Positions 38,420-49,133 are shown, counted from the stretch's first letter. The stretch: DNA of 64,000 bases from an uncultured delta proteobacterium (GCA_963727625.1 CAVSHR010000004.1:896001-960000), one strand, 5' to 3'. Notes: a model not told the origin generated them from the letters alone. Translations and numbers: made by a program.

Positions 38420-39428
38420 ACCTGAAAATTTCCTTCCAAATCTTCTCGTATTTCGGAAATTCTTTGATGTCATTTGCGGTGATAAAATAGGTTTTTTCCG
38501 TGCGGGTCTTCTCGACCGGTTCGACCTTGGGATGAGCCGGGGTGCGCCCGCCTTGTGACATGACTTTTTGCCCCTCGAGGCTCGCTATCCAGCGGGCGAA
38601 CAACAGCGCGGTGTTCGGATGTGGCGCATCTTTGAAGATCGCCGTACCGTTGATCGAAGCCACGCCTTCGGTCAACATGTAATTGACCGGCGCGCCTTTC
38701 TTGATCCGGCGCGGGTAATGGTGCGAGTAGCAGGTCAAACAAGCCGCCGCTTGGCCGGCGACCAACAATTCGGCCAACTGGGAATGTCCCTTGTGAAATT
38801 CGACATTTTGCGCGGCGATTTTTTTCCAGAAATCGATCGCCTTCTCGTCGCTCTTGAACCGATACTTAGCGAAGGCCAGAAGCATTTCCAGGTCCCGCGG
38901 CTCGGCGATCAAGCGATTCTTCCAGCGCGGCTGGAGAAAATCGTCGTAGGATTTAGGCTCCTCGTCTTTCTTGACCAGATTGGTATTCCAGGCTGCGATA
39001 AAATACTGCAAGTCCGACGCTACCCAAAACGGACCCTTTAAGCCAGTGGGATACGCCGCGGATTCAGGTAATTGGGTATCGAGCAGCAAGCGCTGATCGT
39101 GGGCTTGGACGACATTTTCCAATGGGATCTGTAAAATATCGCCAAAAGTTTTGCCACCGCGCGCCTCGGTTACGGCGCGAGCGACCAATTTATCGGATGT
39201 CGCATCGACATGATTGACTTTTATGCCGGGAAAACGCTTTTCAAATACCGGTAAGATCCTCTCGGCATTGATCTGCGCCAGGGTGCCGTAGAAATTGAGC
39301 GTGCCGCCTTCTTTCACCGCCTTTTTATGGATTTCATCGAGGGTTTCGGCTCTCGCGCTGGAAACGCTTATCAGCCCAAGCAACAACACTGCTAAATTCA
39401 AAAAGCAAAATCGCTTCACCAATACCAT
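38412..39428 (-). CDS. Extracellular solute-binding protein (AfuA/FbpA-like), paralog 4
   Basis: Signal peptide; FEKRFPGIK, WNT, AACLTCYSHHY, APHPNTA.LF. Confidence 0.9.
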   Translation of the reverse strand: MVLVKRFCFLNLAVLLLGLISVSSARAETLDEIHKKAVKEGGTLNFYGTLAQINAERILPVFEKRFPGIKVNHVDATSDKLVARAVTEARGGKTFGDILQIPLENVVQAHDQRLLLDTQLPESAAYPTGLKGPFWVASDLQYFIAAWNTNLVKKDEEPKSYDDFLQPRWKNRLIAEPRDLEMLLAFAKYRFKSDEKAIDFWKKIAAQNVEFHKGHSQLAELLVAGQAAACLTCYSHHYPRRIKKGAPVNYMLTEGVASINGTAIFKDAPHPNTALLFARWIASLEGQKVMSQGGRTPAHPKVEPVEKTRTEKTYFITANDIKEFPKYEKIWKEIFRLR

Positions 39429-39535
39429 ATCAAAAAACCTCCAGTTAAATTTGTAGCGACGGCGGGCGCCAACCACGTCCGGTTTTCTACCAATTGGCGC
39501 CCGCCGTTTCAATACACCGATCCTATTGGGGAGGG

Positions 39536-40558
39536 TTACCTCAGCTTGAAGATTTCCTTCCAAATCTTTTCGTACTTGGCAAATTGCGCTACGTCGTCGG
39601 CACCGATGGCGTAAATCTTCTTAGGCCGCACGGGAGACACGGGTTCGACCTTGGGATGCGCAGGCGTGCGGCCGCCCTTGGCATAAACCTCCTGGCCCCC
39701 CTTGGACTCCGCCCAGCGCGCAAACAGCCTAGCCGTATTCGGATGGGGCGCGTCTTTCGCAACCGCGACCGCTATGATTCCGGCTATCCCTTCCGACAGC
39801 ATATAACCCAACGGCGCACCTTTCTTAATTCGCGGGGGATAATGATGCGAGTAACAAGTAAAACAAGCCGCCGCCTGTCCCGCTACCAGCAGCTCCGCGA
39901 GATCTGAGTGCCCCTTGTGAAACTCGACGTTATTCGCGGCGATTTTCGTCAGGGTGGCACGGGCCTTTTCCAGGCTATTGTATTTATGCATCAAGCCGAT
40001 GACCATCTCGGCGTCGCGCGGCTCGGCGATCAGCCGGTTCTTCCAGCGCGGATCGGCAAAGTCATCGAAGGTTTTCGGTTCCTCCGACTTTTTGACCTTG
40101 TCGGTGTTCCAGGCGCCGACGAAAAAGATCAGATTGTTGGCGAGCCAATAGCTGCCCTTCATATCCTTGGGATAGTCGGCCGCTTCGGGGATCGGTTTAT
40201 CCAATAATAACTTCTGCTCGTACAGCTGATTGATATTCTCGAGACCGAATTCAAACACGTCGGAGAATACTTTGCCGCCGCGAGCCTCGGTAATCGCTCT
40301 CACTGCTAGCTTGTCGGAAGTCGCGTCGACATGGTTGATTTTGATGCCCGGAAAACGCTTTTCGAATACCGGGTAAATTTTTTCCGCGTTGATCTGCGCC
40401 AGCGAACAATAGCAATTGAGCACGCCTTCTTCCTTGAGCGCCTTCTTATAAAGCTCGTCCATTGTCTCCGCGCGCGTCCCTTGCGCTAGGCCGAGCAGAA
40501 ATAAAGCGGTCAGACCACCGAGAAACAAACCTTTCTTCATACTTCCTTTATCTACCAT
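39536..40558 (-). CDS. Extracellular solute-binding protein, paralog 3
   Basis: Same motifs; AACFTCYSHHY. Confidence 0.9.
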   Translation of the reverse strand: MVDKGSMKKGLFLGGLTALFLLGLAQGTRAETMDELYKKALKEEGVLNCYCSLAQINAEKIYPVFEKRFPGIKINHVDATSDKLAVRAITEARGGKVFSDVFEFGLENINQLYEQKLLLDKPIPEAADYPKDMKGSYWLANNLIFFVGAWNTDKVKKSEEPKTFDDFADPRWKNRLIAEPRDAEMVIGLMHKYNSLEKARATLTKIAANNVEFHKGHSDLAELLVAGQAAACFTCYSHHYPPRIKKGAPLGYMLSEGIAGIIAVAVAKDAPHPNTARLFARWAESKGGQEVYAKGGRTPAHPKVEPVSPVRPKKIYAIGADDVAQFAKYEKIWKEIFKLR

Positions 40559-40671
40559 GAATCCTCCTTGGTTATTTCAATTGAGCATTTGCAGCCGCTT
40601 AGAGCCCTGGGCTCCCCACGCCTTTGTAACTGCCTACAGGCCTAAATCAAGCGACTTGGCCCAAAACTCAG

Positions 40672-41697
40672 CTATCGCAGTTTGAAAACGTCCCTCCATA
40701 TCTTCTCGTACTTCTTCCAGTCTTTGATCTCTTCGGTGCCGATCGGATAGATTTTCTCTGGACGAATTTTGTCCTTGGGATCCACCTTGGGATGTGCCGG
40801 ATTTCGGCCACCTTGCGCATAGACCTTCTGTCCCTCCTCGCTGCCCGCCCATCGCGCGAAAAGCAGCGCGGTATTCGGGTGCGGTGCCCCCTTGGCCAGC
40901 GCCGTCGCGTTTATCGTTGCGATCCCTTCAGTCAGCATGTACCCCACCGGAGCACCTTTCCTTATGCGCGACGGGTAATGATGAGAATAGCAGGTGATGC
41001 AGGCCGCGGACTGTCCGGCCACCAGCAACTCCGCGAGATCGGAGTGACCTTTGTGAAACTCGACATTATTGGCGGCAATTTTCTTGATCAGGCTAATAGC
41101 CTTCTCATCGTTTTTGAATTTATGCCGGGCCAACCCTATGAGCAACTCAACGTCCCGCGGCTCGCCGATCAATTTGCCTTTCCATTTAGGATCAGCGAAA
41201 TCGTCGAATTGCGTCGGCTCATCGCCTTTTTTAACTTTGTTTGTATTCCAAGCCGCTGTCATGATCGTTATCGAGCTAGCCAGCCAATATGTGCCTTTCA
41301 TGTTGGCCGGATAGGCGGCAGCCTCCGGTTGGGCTTGATCGAGCGTCAGCTTTTGTTCGTGAAGCTGCAAGATATTTTCCAAAGAGATTTGAAAAACATC
41401 TGCAAATATCCTGCCGCCGCGGGCTTCGGTGATCGCTCGCACCGCCAGTTTATCCGCGGTCGCGTCGACGTGATTGATTTTAATGCCGGGAAAGCGCTTC
41501 TCGAACACTGGCAGTATTTTGGCCGCGTTGATCTGTGCGAGGGTACCGTAAAAATTAAGCGTGCCTTTTTCTTTAAGGGCTTTCTGATAGAGCTCGTCTA
41601 AGGTTTCGGCGCGTGCTCCCGGTGTCACGCCGAGCAGAAATAGCGCTATCGCCCCAACGAACGTAGTTAGGGATCGCATTTTTCGCATACCGACCAT
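40672..41697 (-). CDS. Extracellular solute-binding protein, paralog 2
   Basis: Same motifs; AACITCYSHHY; RBS AGGAGG. Confidence 0.9.
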   Translation of the reverse strand: MVGMRKMRSLTTFVGAIALFLLGVTPGARAETLDELYQKALKEKGTLNFYGTLAQINAAKILPVFEKRFPGIKINHVDATADKLAVRAITEARGGRIFADVFQISLENILQLHEQKLTLDQAQPEAAAYPANMKGTYWLASSITIMTAAWNTNKVKKGDEPTQFDDFADPKWKGKLIGEPRDVELLIGLARHKFKNDEKAISLIKKIAANNVEFHKGHSDLAELLVAGQSAACITCYSHHYPSRIRKGAPVGYMLTEGIATINATALAKGAPHPNTALLFARWAGSEEGQKVYAQGGRNPAHPKVDPKDKIRPEKIYPIGTEEIKDWKKYEKIWRDVFKLR

Positions 41698-41818
41698 GAA
41701 ACCTCCTTTTTCTACGGTCACCACAATACTGCGAGACTACTATCGATTCACCCGCTCGCTCTAAACTGAATCGCTCCGTCCACGCCCTTGGGTCACAATG
41801 CCCAGGGGCAAACCAAAT

Positions 41819-42835
41819 TTACCGGAGTTTAAATACTTCTTTCCAGATCTTCTCGTATTTTTTCCAGTCTTTGATCTCTTCGGTGCCGATCGGATAGATC
41901 TTATCCGGTTTGATCTTTTCGACGGGATCGACCTTTGGATGCGGCGGGGTGCGGCCGCCTGCCGCATAAACCTTTTGCCCTTCTTCGCTCGCCGACCAGC
42001 GCGAAAAGAGCAGCGCGGTGTTCGGATGCGGCGCGCCCTTTGCCAGCGCCGTGGCGTTTATCGTCGCGATTCCCTCGGTCAGCATGAACCCCACGGGAGC
42101 GCCTTTTTTGATGCGCGGCGGATAATGATGCGCGTAACAGGTGATACAAGCGGCGGCCTGACCCGCTACTAACAACTCTGCGAGATCCGAATGGCCTTTG
42201 TGAAATTCCACGCCGTTCGCAGCGATTGCTTTGATCAAGCTGACGGCCTTCTCGTCGTTTTTGAATTTATGTCGCGCCAACCCGATAAGAAGCTCGACGT
42301 CGCGCGGCTCACCGATCAACTTTCCCTTCCATCTAGGGTCCGCAAAATCGTCGAACTGCTTGGGCTCTTCGCTTTTTTTGACCGAATTCGTATTCCATGC
42401 CGCGGTGATAAAGATTAAATCCGCGGCGAGCCAATAGGTCCCTTTTAGATTAGCCGGATACGCGGCCGCCTCCGGCGGAATCTTTTCCAGAGTCAGTTTT
42501 TGTTCGTGCAGCTGCAAGATATTCTCGAGGGACATTTGAAAAATATCCGCCAGCACTTTGCCGCCGCGGGCCTCAGTGATGGCCCGAACCGCGAGCTTGT
42601 CGGCGGTCGCGTCCACATGATTTATTTTTATGCCGGGGAAACGTTTCTCGAAGACCGGAAGGATCCTGGCCGCGTTAATTTGCGCCAGCGTGCCGTAAAA
42701 ATTGAGCGTCCCGCCTTCTTTAACCGCCTTCTTATAAACGTCGTCCAGGCTGTCGCTCTGCGCCGAACTAATCGCCGGAAACAACACACCAAGGAGAACC
42801 AGCCAGATCCCTATGTGTCTTTTTTTAACAAACAT
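41819..42835 (-). CDS. Extracellular solute-binding protein, paralog 1
   Basis: Same motifs; AACITCYAHHY; RBS GGAGG. Confidence 0.9.
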   Translation of the reverse strand: MFVKKRHIGIWLVLLGVLFPAISSAQSDSLDDVYKKAVKEGGTLNFYGTLAQINAARILPVFEKRFPGIKINHVDATADKLAVRAITEARGGKVLADIFQMSLENILQLHEQKLTLEKIPPEAAAYPANLKGTYWLAADLIFITAAWNTNSVKKSEEPKQFDDFADPRWKGKLIGEPRDVELLIGLARHKFKNDEKAVSLIKAIAANGVEFHKGHSDLAELLVAGQAAACITCYAHHYPPRIKKGAPVGFMLTEGIATINATALAKGAPHPNTALLFSRWSASEEGQKVYAAGGRTPPHPKVDPVEKIKPDKIYPIGTEEIKDWKKYEKIWKEVFKLR

Positions 42836-43016
42836 ATCGACTTCCTCCGCTGTTTGTAATTATCCATCCCAGAGTTACTTTATCCGCCTTCGCCCCATTT
42901 CCTCTGTTACTTGTCCGAGCGAAAATGGAGTGCGCCACCGACCTATACCCAACTCACCATGATCCTTAGACGACCATCCCGGTGTAAAGCTTCAGCCTGA
43001 TTTTGCTGCGACACGA

Positions 43017-43997
43017 TTATAAATTCTCCAATTTTTTCAATGTCGCGCCGTAATCCCGCACCGCTTTGTCGACGGAATACTCAGGTTCGTAGCCGAGTTC
43101 CTCCTTGGCGCGGGAAAAATCGCTGGCAAGACGCGACTCGGGATAGGGCATAGGATTGTTTCCCTTGCGCAACGTAATCGCCGATCCGGGAAACACCTTG
43201 CGAACCGCGGCGACGATATCGTCGCCGCTAAGCGTATCCCCGTTGCCGATGTGAAACAGAGTCTCTTTGAACTTGTCCTTGAGCACGGCCAATACCGTGC
43301 CCTTGGCGGCGTCTTTGCCGTAAAGAATCTCCGCGGGGCCATAGGGCCAGCTGATGGTTGCGCTCTCGCCTTTCACCGCCGCGCGGATCATCTGCTGGAT
43401 GGCGATCTCGCGGGTCGCCTTGAGGCCGGCCGGCGACGGACCGTAGAGACCGCCGGTGTAGCGCAGACAAATAAAGTCAAAACCATATCGCTTAGAGTAA
43501 GCCCGTCCCATAAACTCGCAGCTCGCCTTGGTCGCGGCATAAACGGATGGGGGATTTAACGGAATGGATTCGTCGATTGCCTTTATCCCTTCGCCAAGCG
43601 AACCCAAATACACCGTTCCGGAGCTGGGAAACACCACGCGCGCAACTTTTTCCAGTCGCGCTGCCTCGAAGACATTAACCGTGCCCATGAAATTCAAACG
43701 CACGCCGCTGTAGGGACGGCGCTGCACTTCCTCGCCGAGAAAGGCGGCGAGATGAATGATGCGATCGCAGTCGTGATCGCGCAGAGCGGAAATGATCGCG
43801 GGCAGATCCATCATATCACCGCGAATCAGCGCGACCTTTTCGAGATCGACGCCCACGGCGCTGAGCAGCCGCTCGTTGAGGGCGACGTCAAAAACGACCG
43901 GTCGCTCGCCCCGCTCCAACAACATCGCGACCGCGTAGGCTCCGACCAGGCCCGACCCCCCGGTGATGAGTATTCCCTTCTTGGGCATGACGACCAT
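43017..43997 (-). CDS. NAD-dependent epimerase/dehydratase
   Basis: TGGSGLVG, HLAA, YAATK. Confidence 0.9.
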   Translation of the reverse strand: MVVMPKKGILITGGSGLVGAYAVAMLLERGERPVVFDVALNERLLSAVGVDLEKVALIRGDMMDLPAIISALRDHDCDRIIHLAAFLGEEVQRRPYSGVRLNFMGTVNVFEAARLEKVARVVFPSSGTVYLGSLGEGIKAIDESIPLNPPSVYAATKASCEFMGRAYSKRYGFDFICLRYTGGLYGPSPAGLKATREIAIQQMIRAAVKGESATISWPYGPAEILYGKDAAKGTVLAVLKDKFKETLFHIGNGDTLSGDDIVAAVRKVFPGSAITLRKGNNPMPYPESRLASDFSRAKEELGYEPEYSVDKAVRDYGATLKKLENL

Positions 43998-44286
43998 TTT
44001 ATAACCAGCGGACCGTGCCTCTAGTATACTAAAGATGCGCTTGAGTCAATGCCGCAACCTTGCTTTTTGGATCGTTGTTTTGAACGGACAAACAAAATCC
44101 CGTCTTCCCATAAACTGATTGATCGCAATGAAACAGCTCTTACTATTTGGCAATTCAGAGGCAAGCCAAACCTCGACGTTTTGAAGTGAGCTCTTTGATA
44201 GATATGATGCGCTGCGTCTTGACCCAGCGCATTTTTAGCGCCATATGTCATCCCACTTGTCTATACCCTGAGGAGGAGAACCCGTT

Positions 44287-45276
44287 ATGTCGCACCGTCG
44301 AATATTTTCTTTGCTCGCCTTGATCGCCTTTCTGAGCACAAGCGCAACCGCAAGCTCACAGGAAAAACTGCGGCTCGCTTGGGCGGGCTTCAGTCCGACC
44401 AACAGCCCGATCTGGACGATTGAGGACAGAAAATTATTAGAGAAACAAGGCGTCGACCCGGAAATCATCGCGATCAATGCCAGCCCAACGGTGCTTCAGG
44501 CGCTGTTGGCGAACGAGATCGATGCCGCCAGCATTTCGGTCACGACTCTAACCAGCTCGCGCCTCCAGGGCGCCGACACGGTGATGATCGTCGGTGTCGT
44601 GCCGACTTTCGTCGACCACATCATTTCGCTCTCGAGCATCACCAAGGTCGAACAATTGAAAGGTAAAATCGGCGGCGTCAATCGTCTCGGCAGTACTTCC
44701 GATCTCGGCCTTCGGCTTGCGCTTCGGAAACTCGGCGTGGATCCGGAGAAAGACGTAAAGATTATTCCGGTAGGCGGCAATGCGGAACGTTTTGCAGCGT
44801 TGTCCAAGGGACTCACGCAATTTACCATCATGCCCGAACCGTTCTTGACCCAGGCCGAACGGCTCGGCTTTCACAACTTCTACAACGTAAGCGAGCTGAA
44901 GATTCCGTTTTGGTGGAATGGGATTATCACGCGCGAAAGCATTCTTAAAAAGAAACGGCCGCTGATGCTCAAGCTTGCCCGCGCCATGGTCGAAGCGATT
45001 CACATCATCAAGACGGAAAAGAGCTACGCGATCAACCTTATCAAGAAACATCTGGGCGTGAATGACCCCGAAGGGTTGGAGCGCGCGTACCGAGATTACT
45101 CCAGCATCTTTCCGGAAGTCCCCTACCCGACTCCTGATGGAGTCAAGACCATGCTCGACGATCTCGCGCCAAAGAACCCCAAGGCGGCAACCGCGGATCC
45201 AAAAGCGTTTGTCGATCCGAGCCTGATTAAAGAATTGGATTCGTCCGGGTTCATCAAACGGCTGTACAAGAAGTAA
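44287..45276 (+). CDS. NitT/TauT family ABC substrate-binding protein
   Basis: Signal peptide; LKGK.GGVNRLGS, GVDPEKDV, ELDSSGFI. Confidence 0.88.
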   Translation: MSHRRIFSLLALIAFLSTSATASSQEKLRLAWAGFSPTNSPIWTIEDRKLLEKQGVDPEIIAINASPTVLQALLANEIDAASISVTTLTSSRLQGADTVMIVGVVPTFVDHIISLSSITKVEQLKGKIGGVNRLGSTSDLGLRLALRKLGVDPEKDVKIIPVGGNAERFAALSKGLTQFTIMPEPFLTQAERLGFHNFYNVSELKIPFWWNGIITRESILKKKRPLMLKLARAMVEAIHIIKTEKSYAINLIKKHLGVNDPEGLERAYRDYSSIFPEVPYPTPDGVKTMLDDLAPKNPKAATADPKAFVDPSLIKELDSSGFIKRLYKK

Positions 45277-45296
45277 TCACGCCAAGAACACATACG

Positions 45297-45346
45297 TGGA
45301 GCGATGGAGTATCGGGCTTGCGAAAACCCGGGTCTCCATCACTCCA
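45297..45346. repeat. Short hairpin with 8-mer-repeat arms (empty copy of the 57771-58325 element family)
   Basis: tggagcgatggag ... ctccatcactcca. Confidence 0.65.
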
Positions 45347-45455
45347 GTAATCCGAACTTGCCGCGCCCGTTGAAATACCGCGCCGGTCTAAGATAAGACA
45401 TAGTGTCGCGTCGCAGTAATCTTGCGCGGCGGTACCTTTCAGGAGGCACTCAATC

Positions 45456-46286
45456 ATGGCGGAAATTCTCACAGACGAACATGCGCTGTTGCGCCCCGGG
45501 CTGGGCCGTTTGAAAGGCAAAGTGGCGATTATCACCGGCGCCAATAGCGGCATTGGCCGGGCCACCGCCCGTCTATTTGCGCGCGAAGGCGCGAAGGTGG
45601 TTTGCTGCGACATTCAAGAGACCATCTCGCCGCGCATCGACCAGCTGATAAAAAACAACGAAGGCGGAGAAGCGATCTTTGCCAAGGTCGACGTCACCAA
45701 GCAGGAAGACTTGGACCGGATGGTCCAAACCGCACTGGACAGCTTCGGCGATCTCGATATTCTCTATAACAACGCCGGCGCCGGCATCCGCAAGAAACTC
45801 CACGAGCACAGCGACGAAGAGTGGAATTTCGTGTTGAACACGAATCTCAACGCCATGTTCCGCGGCTCCCGCGCGGTCCTACCCCATTTCATCAGGAAAA
45901 AAAGCGGCAACATTGTGACCACGGCTTCGACCTTCGGACTGTTAGCCTCGGCGGAATATCCCGGCTACTGCGCAACCAAGGCGGCGATCATCAACTTGAC
46001 CCGCGAGATGGCACTGGATTACGGGCCGCTCGGCATCCGAATCAACTGTGTCTGTCCCGGCGCCATCGAAACTCCGCGATTTCGCGGATTCCCTCCCAGG
46101 CCGACACTCGGCGAAGGCATGACAGAAGAACAGCGAAAGACCATGGGCGCGAGCAACAAAGCACTCCTGCGCATGGGCCGCCCGGAAGAGATCGCCTACG
46201 GCGTGCTGTTTTTGGTTTCGGACGAAGCGTCCTTCGTCACCGGCCATGCGCTGGTGGTCGACGGCGGCCAGACGATCGACGCGTGA
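45456..46286 (+). CDS. SDR family oxidoreductase
   Basis: TGANSGIG, NNAG, YCATK, VVDGG. Confidence 0.93.
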   Translation: MAEILTDEHALLRPGLGRLKGKVAIITGANSGIGRATARLFAREGAKVVCCDIQETISPRIDQLIKNNEGGEAIFAKVDVTKQEDLDRMVQTALDSFGDLDILYNNAGAGIRKKLHEHSDEEWNFVLNTNLNAMFRGSRAVLPHFIRKKSGNIVTTASTFGLLASAEYPGYCATKAAIINLTREMALDYGPLGIRINCVCPGAIETPRFRGFPPRPTLGEGMTEEQRKTMGASNKALLRMGRPEEIAYGVLFLVSDEASFVTGHALVVDGGQTIDA

Positions 46287-46326
46287 GCGAGAATGGGGTC
46301 ATGTCCCCGTCCCACACTTCGATTTC

Positions 46327-47409
46327 CTACTTGCGCACCACGTACCAGTTGTTTTGAATATCGTGCGCCAGCGCGTGCTTTTCGATCGAGCGAAAACCGG
46401 CCTTCGCCAAATATTCTTTGGTCTTCTCTTCGCCCCACATCGCGCCCAAGCCCTCGCCGCGCTGCGCCAGCGACACCGTCATACAGTGCATGCAGGAGAT
46501 CGTGTAAAGTAGCGACCCGAGCGGATGATCGAGGTTTTTGTGCACATGACTCGATCCTTTGATGTCTTGCATCAAGTAAGTCGCGCCGGGACGAAGCGTA
46601 CGGTGGATTCCCCGCAGCACGTTCAGCGGCTTAGCCTGGTCATGAACAGCATCGAACGTGGTGACCCAATCGAATGCTTCGAATTCGGCCGTTTCATCGA
46701 AGCGGCTCAAATCGGCGACGATGAACTCCACGTTGCGCAATTTTTTGTCGGCCGCCTCCTGCCACGCGGCAAGAATTGCTTCGGCAGACAAATCCATTCC
46801 CGTGAATCGGCTATTGGGATAGAGCTCGGCCAATCGATTAATAATTCGGCCGCGACCGCAACCGACATCTAGCATATGAACGCCGCGCGTGAGCTGATCC
46901 GCCAAACCTGGAACCAGCGGTACGATATGGGATTGCAACGATGAGAGGACGGACTGCCCGCTGTCTTCCGCCATGACCTCATGAAAACGCGGAAACCTGG
47001 CGTAGGGAACACCGCCGCCCTTCTTGAAGCATTCAACGATATCGTCCTCGACGCCGCCGAGCACAGCGATGTACTGCGAAAAGACCGCGACATTGTCAGC
47101 GCCCGCAGCGCGCGTGAGATAAGCCGCGTGTTCCGCAGGCAAATGAAAGCGCCCGCCGGTTGAATCAACTTCGACAATCCGTCCGGTAACCATGGCCCCC
47201 AGCCACTCGCGTACATAGCGCTCGTTCAGCCCGCTCTTCGCGGCGATCTCCGGTGAAGTGGCAGGCGGCTGATCTTTCATCGCATCGAATAAACCGGTGC
47301 GATGGCCCACTGAAATCATCAAGCACAGCGCGCCTCGGTTGAGCGTTCCTAAGAGTTCCTCGGCGAAGGCGCCGGCCTTGTCGGCGTTAAAGTTCGCGTC
47401 TTTCGACAT
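46327..47409 (-). CDS. Class I SAM-dependent methyltransferase with N-terminal wHTH (Rv2258c-like)
   Basis: GHRTGLF, ERYVREWL, LDVGCGRG, FDAVHD, LGAMWG. Confidence 0.9.
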   Translation of the reverse strand: MSKDANFNADKAGAFAEELLGTLNRGALCLMISVGHRTGLFDAMKDQPPATSPEIAAKSGLNERYVREWLGAMVTGRIVEVDSTGGRFHLPAEHAAYLTRAAGADNVAVFSQYIAVLGGVEDDIVECFKKGGGVPYARFPRFHEVMAEDSGQSVLSSLQSHIVPLVPGLADQLTRGVHMLDVGCGRGRIINRLAELYPNSRFTGMDLSAEAILAAWQEAADKKLRNVEFIVADLSRFDETAEFEAFDWVTTFDAVHDQAKPLNVLRGIHRTLRPGATYLMQDIKGSSHVHKNLDHPLGSLLYTISCMHCMTVSLAQRGEGLGAMWGEEKTKEYLAKAGFRSIEKHALAHDIQNNWYVVRK

Positions 47410-47551
47410 CTGTATCCTCCGTAATTACGATCAGTGCAGCCGTCTCTCTTAAAGCGGACGGCGAAGAGAATGCCGTGCAATCCTAACCTAGCCAAAGTTC
47501 AGGCCTGAATTGTAGCCCCTCATGTGGCCGAATCAATATCATCGGCCGGGG

Positions 47552-48193
47552 TTACTCCCAGGAGGGAAAATTCCCTTCGTCGGCCAGCTGGGTCATGCGC
47601 TGATCGAGGGCACGCAAGTAAGAGCGCCGATCGCCGGCCCACACTAGGCGCTCGCCAACAAAGATATCGCAAAAGAACGGCACGAGCAGCGCTTCGCCTT
47701 TCGGCAGCGCTTTTCCCAAACCATGTAGGAAAACCGGGATCACCGGCACCGTCGGATTGCTCGCAGCCAAGCGCGCGATGCCGCCTTTGAAGCTCTGCAG
47801 TCGTTCCGGCTCGCCGCGGCTGCCTTCAGGGAAGATGATCAACACCGCTCCTTTGGACAACGCTTCGTTGCACGGCCCGAGCGGATTGTCGTCGCCCCGG
47901 GAAACGGTCCGCTTGATCGGCAGGATACCGATCACTTTCAATGTGAACCAGGAAAACAGCCGCGAGCCGAGAAAATAGTCCACCGCTGCGACCGGACGCA
48001 GCTTTGGTAAGAGCCGCAGCGGAAAAAGGCTCATCAGCACCATGGTATCGAGATGGCTGTTGTGATTGGCGACGATGATCGCCGGGCCGCCGTCCGGCAG
48101 GCGTTCCCGATGGCGCACGTTGAGACCGAGAACGATCAGCACCAGCAGTCGGATAAACACGCCGTAAAATAAAAATCGCAGCAACGGAGCCAT
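47552..48193 (-). CDS. Lysophospholipid acyltransferase (PlsC family)
   Basis: NHNSHLD, FPEGSR. Confidence 0.92.
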   Translation of the reverse strand: MAPLLRFLFYGVFIRLLVLIVLGLNVRHRERLPDGGPAIIVANHNSHLDTMVLMSLFPLRLLPKLRPVAAVDYFLGSRLFSWFTLKVIGILPIKRTVSRGDDNPLGPCNEALSKGAVLIIFPEGSRGEPERLQSFKGGIARLAASNPTVPVIPVFLHGLGKALPKGEALLVPFFCDIFVGERLVWAGDRRSYLRALDQRMTQLADEGNFPSWE

Positions 48194-48194
48194 C

Positions 48195-49133
48195 TCAATA
48201 ATAGAGATAATAAACGAAGTGGAAGAACAACGGCGCGGTATAGGTCAAGCTGTCGATGCGGTCCAAAATACCGCCGTGGCCCGGCAACATGCTGCCGCTG
48301 TCTTTAAGACCGATGTCGCGTTTGAGTGCCGAGATCGTCACGTCGCCGATAAAACCGGCGACACTGATCAACACGCCGGCCAGCAGCGCGGTATCGAGAT
48401 GCAGCGGCGTCAACCACCCCGATAAGAACACCGCAAGAAGCGTGGTTGTAGCCACGCCGCCGAGAAAACCTTCCCAGGTCTTGTTTGGGCTTACTTTCGG
48501 AACGATTTTATTGCGGCCGAATATTTTCCCCCAAACATATTGCGCGACGTCGTTGAACTCGGTGAGAAAGACCAGAAACAAGACCAGACCGGCGCCGCCG
48601 GCGCTGGAATTTTTCTCCTCGGGCAGAACCAAAAGATAAGCGATATGGCTGATCCCAAACACCAGTGTCATGACACCCCAATGAATCGTTCCCGCCGCGC
48701 GCAGAAAATCCCTCGTCTCACCGATCATCACCATGCGCATGGGCAGTAAGAGAAAGACGTACACGGGTACGAATATGATAAACATGCCATACCAAGCCTG
48801 CGCCACCCAGTAATATTGCAGAGGAATGGCGAGATAGGCCCAGAACAGCACACGCCGATCGGCGCGCCGGGTCGGAATGATCGAGAAATACTCTTTGAGC
48901 GCCAAAAAGCTCACGAAACCGAAGAATGCCACGGACAGGTTGCGGCTCATCACCATGGCCGCCGTGAAGATCGTGACGATCACCCACCAGGAGCGAATGC
49001 GCAGCGCCAATTCGCTCCGGTCTTTTTCCGCTTTACGCCAGCGCAGCCATAGCAGGGACGCGGAAGCGAGGACGAGAATCGCATAGAGGCCGCCGAGCGA
49101 CCACAGAACCGCGGGAGCGACCCCGAGCTGCAT
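48195..49133 (-). CDS. Phosphatidate cytidylyltransferase (YnbB-like)
   Basis: SPNKTWEG, KRDIGLKD, PGHGGILDRIDS. Confidence 0.92.
   Translation of the reverse strand: MQLGVAPAVLWSLGGLYAILVLASASLLWLRWRKAEKDRSELALRIRSWWVIVTIFTAAMVMSRNLSVAFFGFVSFLALKEYFSIIPTRRADRRVLFWAYLAIPLQYYWVAQAWYGMFIIFVPVYVFLLLPMRMVMIGETRDFLRAAGTIHWGVMTLVFGISHIAYLLVLPEEKNSSAGGAGLVLFLVFLTEFNDVAQYVWGKIFGRNKIVPKVSPNKTWEGFLGGVATTTLLAVFLSGWLTPLHLDTALLAGVLISVAGFIGDVTISALKRDIGLKDSGSMLPGHGGILDRIDSLTYTAPLFFHFVYYLYY

Noticed and set aside
38412-42835. c-type heme motif in the binding proteins
   Set aside because: The motif is CxxCY, not CxxCH.
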